Source: Squalus acanthias (Eukaryota). Taken from it: 64,000 nt of DNA. The notes below the pieces were generated by a model that worked only from the letters and a program-made list of their open reading frames with translations, was not told the DNA's origin and did no database searches. Position 1 is the first letter of the stretch. Every line of letters starts with the position of its first letter. Position numbers and translations under genes: made by a program. The stretch lies in assembly GCA_030390025.1 (NCBI GenBank), contig JASTWF010000034.1, positions 744,001 to 808,000 on the forward strand. Reading direction: 5' to 3'. Below, piece after piece: positions 1-12,106 of the stretch.

Positions 1-180
1 CACAATATATTCCCGTATATTCTTGCAATAAGCCCTGTATTGAGCGCCATAGTTAATAGGATTATATTATATCATTCAATGTCGCTCGTGAGTTGCAGAT
101 TTCACCCCGAATTCCATCAAACTGCTGCTTTTGCTCCCAGCCTGATGAATAATTTCCCTGTTTATTTCCCTTCCTCACAG

Positions 181-1082
181 TGAACTTAGTGACGATTGTG
201 ATCCTTTCTCGGGGAAAGTGTGGACTATCCAAATGTGTCACTCGCTACCTGGTGGCCATGGCAGCGGCGGATCTACTGGTCGTTATCCTCGACGTGATAT
301 TGAGGCACATTCCCATTGTTTATTGGGAACAGTTTGATTTCGTGTATTTCATCCCCGTGTGTAATATCCACGCTGTCCTGCTGTTCACAGCCACAGACTG
401 TTCTGTCTGGTTCACCGTCACTTTCACATTTGATCGATTTGTGGCCATTTGTTGCCAGAAGCTGAAAACTAAATATTGCTCCGATCAAACGGCAGCTGTG
501 GTTCTGGGAACAGTGACTGTGCTGAGCGGTTTAAAGAACATCACCTGGTATTTTATGTTCACAGGTCGGTATTGGCTTCAGAACAGCCCCTGGTTTTGTG
601 ATGTCACAAAGGATGTTCAGTATTCACGGGTCTGGGGAACAATCGAGCTCCTTCATTATATTCTCACCCCGTGTGTCCCATTTGTGGTGATTGTGCTGCT
701 CAATGCTGTCACCGTCAGACACATTTTAGTGGCCAGCAGAGCCCGCAGGAGACTCCGGGGTCCCAGCAGTGGGGAGAGTTCCAGAGACCCAGAGATGGAG
801 AGCCGCAGGAAATCCATCATTTTACTGCTTGTTATCTCCGGCAATTTCATCCTGTTATGGGCAGTGTTTATGGTGTATTCTATATGGGGCCGGTGGTGGT
901 ATTTGGGGTATAATTCTGTATTTCTACCTGATTATGTAATGGAACTGGGATTCATGCTGCAGCTGCTGAGTTGCTGCACAAACACTGGGATTTACGCCGT
1001 GACCCAGACTAAGTTCAGAGAGCAGTTGAAGAATGTGGGGAAATATCCCTTTACACTGATTGTAAAACTCATTAAAGGATGA
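181..1082 (+). CDS. Terminal coding exon of a GPR139/GPR142-like orphan class A GPCR (end of TM1 to C-terminus); the upstream exon is outside the window
   Basis: A polypyrimidine tract and acceptor (tttcccttcctcacag|TGAAC) sit at 180/181, and the frame is open to TGA at 1080-1082. Rhodopsin-family motifs: TM2 AMAAADLL, TM3 FTFDRFVAIC, TM5 LTPCVPF, TM7 CCTNTGIY, helix 8 TKFREQL. The ORF track 'start' is the split GTG codon at the splice site. Confidence 0.88.
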
Positions 1083-1138
1083 GAAGAAACGGAGACTTTG
1101 CAGCCCAAGAGTTGACAGTTCCCTGGGCCTGATATTCT

Positions 1139-2612
1139 TGTGCCCCGCACAAAGATGGCGGCTCTGGGGCCCCGCACAAAAATGGCGGCTCTGGGTCGCA
1201 GCACAAAAATGGCGTCTCCGGGGCCCCGCAGAAAGATGGCGGCTCCGGGGGTCCGCACAAAGATGGCGGCACCGGCGCTCCGCTCAAAGATCGCGGCTCC
1301 GGGGCCCCGCACAAAGATGGCGGCTCCGGGGCTCCGCACAAAGATGGCGGTTCCGGGGCCCCGCACAAAGATGTCGACTCCAGGGCACAGCACAAAGATG
1401 GCGGCTCCGGGGCCCCGCACAAAAATGTCGGCGCTGGTGTCCCGCACAAAAATGGAGGCTCCGGGACACAGCACAAAGATGGCGGCTCCGGGGCCCCAAA
1501 CAAAAGTGCGGCACTGGTGCACAGCACAAAGATGGCGGCTCTCGGGCACAGCAAAAAGATGGCGGCTCTCGGGCACAGCAAAAAGATGGCGGCTGCGGGG
1601 AAAAGCACAAATATGGCGGCTCCGGGGCCCCGCATAAAGAAGGTGGCTCTGATTGCAGCACACAAATGACGGATCTGGGGCTCCGCACAAAGTTGGCGGC
1701 TCTGGGGCCCCGCACAATGTTGGCGGCACCGGAGCACAGCACAAAGATGGCGACTCCGGGGCACAGCACAATATTGGCGGCTCCGGGTTCCCGCACAAAG
1801 GTGGCGGCTATGGTGCCCCTCACAAAAATCGCGGCTCTGGTTGCCACACAAAAATGGCGGCTCCGTGGCACCGCACAAAAATTGCGACTCTCGGGCACTG
1901 CACAAAGATGGCGGCTCCGGGGCCCAGCACAAAGATGGCGACTCTGGTTCCCGCTCAAAAATGGCGGCTCTGGGGCCCCGCACAAAGATGGCGGCTCTGG
2001 GGCCCCGCACAAAGATGGCGGATCTGGGGCTCCACACAAAGTTGGCTTCTCTGGGGCCCAGCACAAAGATGGCGGCTCTGTAGCCCCGCCCAAAAATGGC
2101 GGCTCTGGGGCCCTCCACAAAAATGGCGGCTCTGTCGCCCCGCACAAAAATCGCGGCTTTGGTTGCCACACAAAAATGGCGGCTCCGTGGCACCGCACAA
2201 AAATTGCGACTCTCGGGCACTGCACAAAGATGGCGGCCCCGGCGCCCACCACAAAGACGGCGACTCTGGTTCCCGCTCAAAAATGGCAGCTCTGGTGCCC
2301 CGCACAAAGATGGCGGCTCTGGAGCCCAGCACAAAGATGGCGGATCCGGAGCCCAGCACAAAGATGGCGGATCTGGGGCACAGCACAAAGTAGGCGGCTC
2401 CGGGGCCCAGCCCAAAGATGGCGGCTCTGGTGCCCAGCACAAAGATGGCGGCTACTGGTCCCAGCACAAAAATGGCGGCTCCAGTGTCCTGCACAAAAAT
2501 GGCGCCCCTGGGGCTCCGCAAAAAGAAGGTGGCATTGGAGCATAGCACAAAGATGGCGGCTCTGGTGCAAGGCACAAATATGGCGGCACCCGCGCCCTGC
2601 ACAAAAATAGCG
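1139..2612. repeat. GC/CpG-rich 27-bp minisatellite (consensus GGGGCCCCGCACAAAGATGGCGGCTCC), roughly 50 units
   Basis: Period 27 read directly (e.g. 1301-1327). The overlapping ORFs here simply translate the repeat (MAAPGPRTK). Confidence 0.95.
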
Positions 2613-2661
2613 CAGGACCCCGAGCAGCCCAGCCCGGGGTGGAGATGGCCCGGCACCAGGA

Positions 2662-2805
2662 CATTATTAGTCATTCTAACACTTTAAAGTCATTACACCA
2701 CTTTACAGATCTTTTATAACACTTTATAAATCATTCTGACCATTAATGAAACATTATGACGCTTTTTCAATCATTATGACATTTAATAAATCATTTTTAT
2801 AACTA
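2662..2805. repeat. Degenerate AT-rich short tandem repeat (~20 bp, TCATTATAACACTTTATAAA-like)
   Basis: Recurrent tcatt...cacttta motifs. Confidence 0.6.
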
Positions 2806-2807
2806 AT

Positions 2808-3400
2808 TCTTGGGATGTGGGCACCGCTGACAAGGCCAGCATTTATTGCTCATCCCTAATTGCCCTTTAGAAAGTGGTGGTGAACCGCCTGAGACAAGCG
2901 AGTGTCTTGATGGGCCATTTCATAGGCCAGGTAAGAGTCAACCACATTGCAGTGGGTCTGGAGTCACATTTCAGCCAGAACAGGTAAGGGCGGCAGATTC
3001 CCTTCCCGAAAAGCCATTAGTGAACCAGGTGGGTTTTTACGACATCCGGTACTTTCATGGTCACCATTATTGACACAAGCTTTTCATTCCAGATTGGTTT
3101 AATTATTGAATTTAAATTCCCCCAGCTGGTGGGATTTAAACACATGTGTCTGGATCATTTGTCCAGTCATCTGGTTTAACTATTCCAGCAACCTAACCAC
3201 TATGCTACCGTACCCTTCAAATATATCGCCGTTCTTTCATCGTCACGAGGACAAAAGCTTGAAAATCCTTCAGTAACAGTATTGTGGGAGCACCTTCACC
3301 ACACGGACTGGAGCGGCTCAAGATGAAGGCCCACCATTTTCTCATGGATTACTAGGGATGGGCAAGTGATACCAGCCTTGACAGCGTCACCCCTAGCCTA
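2808..3400. mobile_element. Old degenerate non-LTR retroposon fragments
   Basis: Motifs such as tgggatgtgggcaccgctgacaaggccagcatttattgctcatccctaattgccctt resemble common chondrichthyan LINE/SINE remnants. Recognised from memory only; family not established. Confidence 0.4.
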
Positions 3401-3639
3401 ATAACAAATACATCGAAATAATAAAATAGGATTAAAATCAATGATTTTATAATTCATTGATTGAAACCAGATGAGGCCTGCGACCAGAGCGGGGCGTCAA
3501 GTACGCTAAACAAATTGTCAACAATACTTGGATCTCCAATTCAATCATTGTATGATTGATACTACTCACATTTTCCGAATTTCACATCATGACAAAAGGT
3601 GCTTGATAAAGTATCACATATTACCAAAATTGAAGACCA

Positions 3640-4375
3640 TCAGAGTGTTATAGTCAGGGGCGTGGGTTTATATCAAAGTGCTACATTGAGCGGTGTTGGG
3701 TATATCAGAGTGTTAGAGTGAGGGGTGTTGGGTATATCGATATTTACAGTGAGGGGCGTGTGGGGAATATCAGAGTGTTGTAGTCAGGGGAGTGGGTTTA
3801 CATCAACGTGCTACATTGAGCGGTGTTGGGTATATCAGAGTGTTACAGTGAGAGGTGTGGTGTATAACAGAGTGTTACAGTGAGAGGTGCGGTGTATATC
3901 AGAGTGTTACAGTGAGAGGTGTGGTGTATAACAGAGTGTTACAGTGAGAGGTGTGGTGTATAACAGAGTGTTACAGTGAGAGGTGTGGTGTATAACAGAG
4001 TGTGACAGTGAGAAGTGTGGTGTATAACAGAGTGTTACAGTGAGAGGTGTGGTGTTTCACAGAGTGTGACAGTGAGAGGTGTGGTGTATATCAGAGTGTT
4101 ACAGTGAGGGGTGTGGTGTATATCAGAGTGTTACATTCAGGGGTGCGGGTTTATATAAGTGTTTTACATTGAGCGGTGTTGGGGATATCAGAGTGTTACA
4201 GCGAGGGGTATGGAGTATATCAGAGAGTGTTACAGTGAGGGGTGTCGGATATATCAGAGTGTTACAGCGAGGTGTATGGAGTATATCAGAGAGTGTTACA
4301 GCGAGGTGTATTGAGTATATCAGAGTGTTACAGTGAGGGGTGTGGGGTAAAACGGTGTGTTACAGTGAGAGGTTT
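3640..4375. repeat. 32-bp satellite (AGAGTGTTACAGTGAGAGGTGTGGTGTATATC), block 1
   Basis: Period 32 visible at 3901 and 3933. Confidence 0.92.
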
Positions 4376-5215
4376 AAGAACATAAGAATGTAAGAAATAG
4401 GAGCAGGAGTAGGCCATTCGGCCCCTTGAGCCTGCTCCGCCATTCAATGAGATCATGGCTGATTTCCTGCCTCAATTCCTTTCACCGGCCTTATCTCGAT
4501 ATGCCTTGATGCCCTTACTAGTCAGAAACCTATCGACTTCTGTTTTGAATATAACTAATGAATGAACCTCCACAGACCTCTGGGGTAGATAATTCCAAAG
4601 ATTCACCACCCTCTGTGTCAAGAAATGTCTTTATTGGAGTTCGATATATTTCTTAAGGCTAAGGGGATCAAGGGATATTGGGAGAAAGCAGGGACATGGT
4701 ACTGAATTTGAATGATCAGCCATGATCGCATTGAATGGTGGAGCAGGCTCGAGGTGCCGAATGGCCTACTCCTGCTCCTATCTTCTATGTTTCTATGTTT
4801 CTATGCTTCTCATCTCAGTCCTGAATGGCCTACCCTTTATCATGAGGCTGTGGCCCTGGTTCTAGACTCCCCAGCCAAGGGAAACAATCTCCCAGCATCC
4901 AACCTATCAAGCACTATAATAATGTTTTTATGCTTCAATGAGATCCCCACTCATTCTTCTGAATTCAAGAGAATACGGGCTTAGTTCACTCAATCTCTTC
5001 TCATACAACAGTCCCGCCTTCCCAGGAATCAATCTCGTGAACCTTCATTGCACTCCCTCAATGGCAAGTATATCCTTCCTTAGGTTAGGAGACCAAAATT
5101 GTACACAGCACTCCAGGTGTGGTCTCACCAAGGCCCTACATAAAGGGAGTAAGACTTCTTTACACTTGTACTCAAATCCTCTTGTAATGAAGGCCAGCAT
5201 ACCATTTGCCTTACT
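4376..5215 (-). mobile_element. CR1 LINE 3' fragment, with a short opposite-strand CR1 3' tail (~4636-4805) nested inside it
   Basis: Minus-strand tail (aagaacataagaa...aggagcaggagtaggccattcgg) and RT C-terminal region. A plus-strand tail ending in (tttctatg)n interrupts it. Confidence 0.85.
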
Positions 5216-8188
5216 TGGGGTATGTAAGAGAGTGTTACAATCAGGAGTGTGGGGTATATCAGAGTGTTACAGTTAGGGGTGTGGGGTATATCAGAGTGTT
5301 ACAGTGAGGGTGTGTGGATTATCAGCGTGTTGCAGTGAGGGGTGTGGGGTATATCAGAGGTTCACAGGTAGGGGTGTGCGGTATATCAGAGAGTTACAGT
5401 GAGGGGTGTGGGGTATATGAGATTGTTACAGTGAGGGATGTGGTGTATATCACAGTTTTACAGTGATTGGTGTGGTGTATATCAATGTTAAAGTGAGGGG
5501 TCTGGGGTATATCAGAGTGCTGCAGTGAGAGGTGTGTAGTTTATGTTTGAAGGAATTACTCATATAACCTATTCAATAAATGCACCATTCTATGAAAGAA
5601 TTCTGGCCTTATTAAAACATGACAAACTGGGTCTGGATATCTGGAAAACTAACTATGAAAAAGCTGTGAAAGCATTCTGGCTATAGAGATAAGATAGTTG
5701 TTGACACTGAGTCAATAACCTTATTGAAACAGAAGGTTAAAGGCTCCGGTAGGCTGACCATTTGGAGCAACACAATGGTTCACCCTGGTTAAGGTGTTCT
5801 AATTTACACTTCGTAAAGAAGTGCAAACATCTGCCTTCATAAAAATGACATCAAGTAAAACGCACCTGCCGTTACACCATTTTTTATGCTAAACTTAGAA
5901 CACCTAGAGAAGAGACATAATTCTGTGATACAAACCAGCTCTGGTGACTGTAAGAATTGCAGGGGTCAGCAGAAAAATGACTAGAGATAATTAGCTTACA
6001 TCAGCAGAAATCCTTAAAGAAAATACCACTGGAAAAGGTTATAAATATTGAACTCTCAAATGGGATAGCAGACTCGCTTTAAAGGGGAAAGGTGATTCTT
6101 GGCTTCAGAGGCGGCTCTGTATGTCTCCAACTCTTTGTACCTCGGGTATCAAAGGTATTTGATTTTGGTGGATCTCCTGTAGAAAACTATGAACTGTAAA
6201 ACTGTAGTGAAGTTAAGACTTGAAAGTAAGGTTCTCTGATAGAATTTTAAGCTTTCTCTTTTTGGAACTGTTAATGTAGCGATTGACTCACCAACTGTAA
6301 ATTACATGTCGGTTCTTTAATATATCTATAGATATTTAAAATTGTAACACTTAAGACTTCTGTATCAAACTCGCGAACTCAATCAGTGTACACACTTTGG
6401 TGAGGAGTTGCAGAATTCTGGGGAGTTTTCCGGACCCTCATAGTATCCGGAATGTTACAGTCTAGCTAAACTTATTAAAAGTGCTATCTGGAGGATGGTA
6501 ACATTTTCAGGTTGTTCCTTTCCTTTTGGAAGAGATAGTCCGGACCTTTAGACCCAATTAAGCACCTTTAGAATTCGGCTACCTCAAAGTTTAGTTGAAA
6601 GTGAACGTCTGAAGAATATGCCTGATCCGTGGTAGCCCTAAAGGGGCTAGGACTAGTAATTATCCCTTCATATCAGCGTGTTTCAGTGAGGTGTATGGGT
6701 TAAATCAGAGAGTTACAGTGAGACATGTGGGATATATGACAGTGTTACAGTGAGGGGTGTGGGGTATATCAGATAGTTAAAGTGATTCGTGTGGGGTATA
6801 TCAGTGTGTTGCAGTGAAGGGTGTGGTATATATCAGTATTACAGTGAGAGGATTGTCGGGTAAATCACAGTTTTACAGCGAGGGGTGTGGGGTATAACAG
6901 AGTATTACAGTGAGGGATGTGGGGTATATCAAAGTGTTTCAGCGAGGGGTGTGCGGTATATCAAAGTGTTACATTGATGGTTGTTGGGTATATCAAAGTG
7001 TTACAGCGAGGGGTGTGGGGTATATCAGAGTGTTAAAGTGAGGTGAGTGGGGTATATCGGTCTGTTACAGTGAGATGTTTGGGATATGTAAGAGAATTTA
7101 AGTGAATGGTGTGGGGTATATCAGAGTTAAAAGTGAGGTGAGTGGGGTATATCGGTCTGGTACAGTGAGAGGTTTGAAACATGTAAGAGCATTTCATTGA
7201 ATGGTGTGGGGTATATCAAAGGGTTAAAAGGAGGTGAGTGGGGTATAACGGTATGTTACAGTGAGAGGTTTGGGATATGTAAGTGAATTTAAGTGAATGG
7301 TGTGGGGTATATCAGAGTGTTAAAAGGAGGTGAGTGGGGTATATCGGTCTGTTACAGTGAGAGGTCTGAAATATGTAAGAGAGGATTAAATTAAGGGTTA
7401 TATCAGAGTGTTACAGTGAGGTGTGTGAGGTATATCAGAGTGTTAAATTGAGGGGAGCGGCGTATGTCAGGGTGTGGGGTATATCGGTGTGTTACAGGAA
7501 GGCATGTGTAGGGTATATCAGAGTGTTGTAGTCAGGGGAGTGGGTTTGCATCAGAGTGTTACAGTTACGGGTGTGGGGTACATCAGAGTAATACAATGAC
7601 CGGTGTTGGGCATATCAGAGTGTTACAGTGAGAGGTATGGCGTTATATCAGTGTGTTACATCGAGGGGTGTCGGGTATATCAGAGTGTTACTGCGAGGGA
7701 TATGGAGTATATCACAAAGTGTTACAGTGAGGGGCATGGGGTCTTACGGTGTGTTACAGTGAGATGTTTGAGGTATGTAAGAGAGTGTTACATTCAGGAG
7801 TGTGAGCTATATCAGTGTTATAGTGAGGGGTGTGGTTTAAATCAGAGTGTTCCAGTGAGGGGTTCTGGGTATATCAGATTATTATAGTGATTGATGTGGG
7901 GTATATCAGTGTTACAGTGAGGGGTGTGGGGTATATCACAGAGTTACAATGAGGGTGTGGGGTATATCTGTGTTACAGTGAGAGGTTTGGGGTATGAAAG
8001 AGAGTGGGGTGTATCTGAGTGTTGCAGTGAGCGGTGTGGGTATAACAGAGTGTAGTGAGTTATACCAGAGTGTTACAGTGAGGGTTGTGGTGTATATCAG
8101 CGTGTTAAAGTGAATGGTGTGGTGTATATCAGAGTGTTAAATTGAATGGTGTTGGGTATATCAGAGTGTTAAAGTGAGGTGAGTGGTC
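5216..8188. repeat. 32-bp satellite, block 2, interrupted by the 5548-6670 insertion
   Basis: Same GAGGGGTGTGGGGTATATCAGAGTGTTACAGT unit, more degenerate. Confidence 0.9.
5548..6670. mobile_element. Candidate solo LTR (~1.12 kb)
   Basis: Non-repetitive insert inside the satellite. It starts TGAAGGAATTACT and ends AGTAATTATCCCTTCA (TG...CA, imperfect inverted termini), with an internal TATAAA near 6040. No clean TSD seen. Confidence 0.5.
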
Positions 8189-8225
8189 CATTACTCTGTG
8201 TCTAATCCATGGGTACCTGCCTGTT

Positions 8226-8356
8226 CCAACGAAAGGTCTAAGACCTGAAACGTCAGCTCTGTTTCTCTCTCCACAGATGCTGCCTGACCTGCTGAGTATT
8301 CCCAGCATTTTCTGTTTTTACTTCCGATTTCCAGCATCCACAGTATTTTGCTTTTG
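8226..8356 (+). mobile_element. Short PLE pLTR-like remnant of a second family, with a degenerate hammerhead; related copies near 12610-12770 (-), 33590-33750 (+) and 36625-36756 (-)
   Basis: Shared motif gacctgaaacgt..ctctgtttctctctccacagatgctgcctgacctgctgag at four positions. The 33678-33714 copy keeps CTGATGA...GAAA with stem I AGTT/AACT. Confidence 0.6.
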
Positions 8357-8402
8357 TGCGCCTGCCTGGAATTGTTTGATCGGGCCGTATTGAGGGAGCT
8401 TT

Positions 8403-9230
8403 AAGAACATAAGAAATAGGAGTAGGAGTAGGCCATTTGGCCCTTCGAGCCTGCTCCGCCATTCAATATGATCATGGCTGTTCTTCTACCTCATCTCCAC
8501 TTTCCTGCACTATCTCCATATCCCTTGATTCCCTCAATATTCAAAAATCTATCGATCTGTGTCTTGAATATACTCAATGATTGAGTCTCCACAGCTCTCT
8601 GGGCTATAGAATTCCAAGGATTCACCAGCCTCTGAATGAAGAAATTTCACTTCATCTCAGTCCTAAATGGCCGACCCCTTATTCTGACACTGTGACCCCT
8701 GGTTCTAGACCCCCAGGCCAGGGGTAACATCCTCCCTGCATCTAACCAGTCAAGCATAGTAAGCATTGTGTATGCTTCAAATAGATCACACCTCATTCGT
8801 CTAAACTCTAGAGAATATAGGCTTCGTCTGCTCAAACTCTCCTCATAGGACAATCCCCCCATCCCAGGAACCAGTCTGGTGAACCCTCCTTGCACTCCCT
8901 CTTTGACAAGTATATCCTTCCTTAGGTAAGGTGACCAAAACTGTACACAGTACTCCAGGTGTATATCTCACCAATGCCCTATATAATTGCAATAAGACGT
9001 CTTTACTTTTATACTCAAATCCTCTTGTAATGACGGCCAACGTACCATTTGCTTTACTAATTGCTTGCTGTACCTGCAGGTTAAAGTTCAGTGATTCGTG
9101 TACAAGGACACCAAGGTCCCTCTGACTACCAACATGTCTCAAACTCTCACCATTTAAAAAATACTCTAGTAGGAAAAATAGAAAAGCAAAGTGGATAACT
9201 TCACGTCTCTCAGCATTATATTGCATCCAC
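8403..9230 (-). mobile_element. 5'-truncated CR1 LINE 3' fragment
   Basis: Minus ORFs carry QRDLGVLV, LQLYRALVR and SLEFRRMR motifs, plus the CR1 3' tail. Confidence 0.9.
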
Positions 9231-10981
9231 ATATTACGTCCACATAACTTATTATAATATTAATCACAATGCAACCAGACAATCAACAAATATAAAGTGT
9301 TGTAGTTCTTTAATTCGCAGTATTAAAAATCACTGAACAAAATGGGTATCCGTATTTTCAACTTCAATAACTTCCGTGAATAAACGTGGTCTTCTTGAAT
9401 CAGCACATCACCCATGTAACAGTTCAGAAATGCAACACCAATTCACAAGTGCAGAAAAACACATACACAATTTGTGTCACTGAATTATAAACAGAAAGCT
9501 GGAAAAACTGTGATGTAACAGAAATAAACATCGGTCTTTCTTACAGGACAGGAGAACCAGTCAGACTGACTAGGAAATGTTTATTCATATGTTGATGTAA
9601 AGATTTATAATTTACCAATTTCACTTCTAATATTTTTCCCTCAAACATTCTCCTCAATATTATTCCCTGCTCTTATCAAGGAAAATTTGGAATTATTTTA
9701 GTTATTTCACAATTAAAAGCGGGGAACAAACTTTATTGTGCTCACAATTTTTAATCTCCCATATCAAACATTCAATCGAATTGTACGTTATCAGTTTAAT
9801 CAAAGTATTTTCTGTGTCTTCGTCAATAAACAAATAACATATTTTCCTGCAATTTTTATACATCATCACATATCTCTTGTTCCTGTGAACACTTCCCTAA
9901 ATGTTTAAGATGAAATCTATATTTACATTATTCCTGTGACTTGTTAGGACTATAGAACGACAGGCAAAATAAAAGGTTTTGTGTTTTTCCCTTTTTTCGT
10001 TCTCTTCCTGTATGTCTTAATTGTATATATTTTTAAAATTCATTTAAAAGTAATATGTAACTCCTACAAATCCTCCCCTGCCCTCCCCCTCCTCAACACC
10101 ATGGTTGCATGTTTCTGTAAAGCTACTCACTTCACTTGATCGCTCACAATCAAAAATTGAGAAATTTCAATTTTAAAACATTTTAAGCATTTCAGAACCT
10201 CTTTAAAAACGTTTGGCCTTCAAGACCTTGTTGAAACTTGTTTAGATGAGGGGAAATTGACTTTTCCTTCTGTTTCTTCCAAATTCATATTCAAAACTTA
10301 GGGGGGGGGGGAAATGCTTTTAACACTCATTTATTGTGAAAAGTTCATTAAAATCTTTAAATTCTTTCAAGTCTCATAGCAGCTTTGACAGGAGAAGTTG
10401 CTCCAAGTTTCTATTTCCCCCTTCAATGCTGTCGTTAAACATAAAACTAAAAAAATAAAATAAAGTCTAATTCCAATCGGAGCTCAAATCAGAAAATGAG
10501 TAACATGGTTAAACTTGCTAAGACGGCGGCGAGGTTTCTCTCCCCAGCCCTGGCGATGAGTTGGGATCAGTGCTGTACTTGCCCTGGGAGCATTTGATTG
10601 GGACAGTGCAGAGAGCTTTAATCTTTATATAACCCGTGCTGTTATTGCCCGGGGAATGTTTGATGGGACAGTGCAGAGAGCTTTAATCTTTATATAACCC
10701 GTGCTGTTATTGCCCGGGGAATGTTTGATGGGACAGTGCAGAGAGCTTTAATCTTTATATAACCCGTGCTGTTATTGCCCGGGGAATGTTTGATGGGACA
10801 GTGCAGAGAGCTTTAATCTTTATATAACCCGTGCTGTTATTGCCCGGGGAATGTTTGATGGGACAGTGCAGAGAGCTTTAATCTTTATATAACCCGTGCT
10901 GTTATTGCCCTGGGAATGTTTGATGGACAAAATTGAGAGGTCGCACAACACCAGGTTATAGTCCAACAGTTTTATTTGAAA

Positions 10982-11019
10982 TCACAAGCTTTCGGAGCTA
11001 TCGCTCCTTCCTCAGGTGA
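10982..11019 (-). ncRNA. Minimal type I hammerhead ribozyme in the PLE pLTR (left arm)
   Basis: Reverse complement reads UCAC-CUGAGGA-A-GGAGC(GAUA)GCUCC-GAAA-GC-UU^GUGA. Confidence 0.8.
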
Positions 11020-12068
11020 AGTAAATTGGATACAGAATCGCCAGAGCATATATAGATGGAAAAAAAAGCATGTGTACTTTACAATTGCAGACCAATAAAT
11101 TAAATCATCCTGACTATCTGCCGAGGTGTGATAAAGTTAATTAAGTCAGCCAGGAAGGTACCACATCAAAAGACATAGCAAGATACAACTGAGACAATGA
11201 GGTGTAGTCGCAGGGGTTCTAACGTGTCAAAAGCTGCCGTCTGTATGTAAAACGAAAAGCTTTAAAAAAAAATTACTTTTTTACTGGGAAAATTTTTACT
11301 TTTTTACTGGGAATCACATCTGTGAACAAGCTAACGACGACTCGAGTCCGGATCACGTCATGTATCGTGACATAAACCCAAGATCCCGATTGAGACCGTC
11401 TTCATGAGTGCGGAACTTGGCTATCAGTTTCTGCTCGATGATTTTGCGTTGTCGTGTGTTTCTAAGGTTGCCCTGGAGAACGCTTACCCGCAGATCCGAG
11501 GCTGAATGTCCTTGACTGCTGAAGTGTTCCCCGACTGGGAGGTAACAATCCTGCCTGGCGATTGTTGCGCGGTGCTCGTTCATACGTTGTCTCAGTGTCT
11601 GCAAGCGTTCTCCAGGGCAACCTTAGAAACACACGACAACGCAAAATCATCGAGCAGAAACTGATAGCCAAGTTCCGCACTCATGAAGACGGTCTCAATC
11701 GGGATCTTGGGTTTATGTCACGATACATGACGTGATCCGGACTCGAGTCGTCGTTAGCTTGTTCACAGATGTGATTCCCAGTAAAAAAGTAAAAATTTTC
11801 CCAGTAAAAAAGTAATTTTTTTTTATAGCTTTTCGTTTTACATACAGACGGCAGCTTTTGACACGTTAGAACCCCTGCGACTACACCTCATTGTCTCAGT
11901 TGTATCTTGCTATGTCTTTTGATGTGGTACCTTCCTGGCTGACTTAATTAACTTTATCACACCTCGGCAGATAGTCAGGATGATTTAATTTATTGGTCTG
12001 CAATTGTAAAGTACACATGCTTTTTTTTCCATCTATATATGCTCTGGCGATTCTGTATCCAATTTACT

Positions 12069-12106
12069 TCACCTGAGGAAGGAGCGATAGCTCCGAAAGC
12101 TTGTGA
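12069..12106 (+). ncRNA. Minimal type I hammerhead ribozyme in the PLE pLTR (right arm)
   Basis: Stem I TCAC/GTGA, core CTGAGGA (12073-79), stem II GGAGC/GCTCC, GAAA (12095-98), palindromic minimal stem III (AGCT). Predicted cleavage after 12102; AATAAA follows closely. Confidence 0.8.

Noticed and set aside
992..2687. Long ORFs of 150-490 aa on both strands
   Set aside because: They are translations of the stop-poor 27-bp minisatellite, open in nearly all frames.
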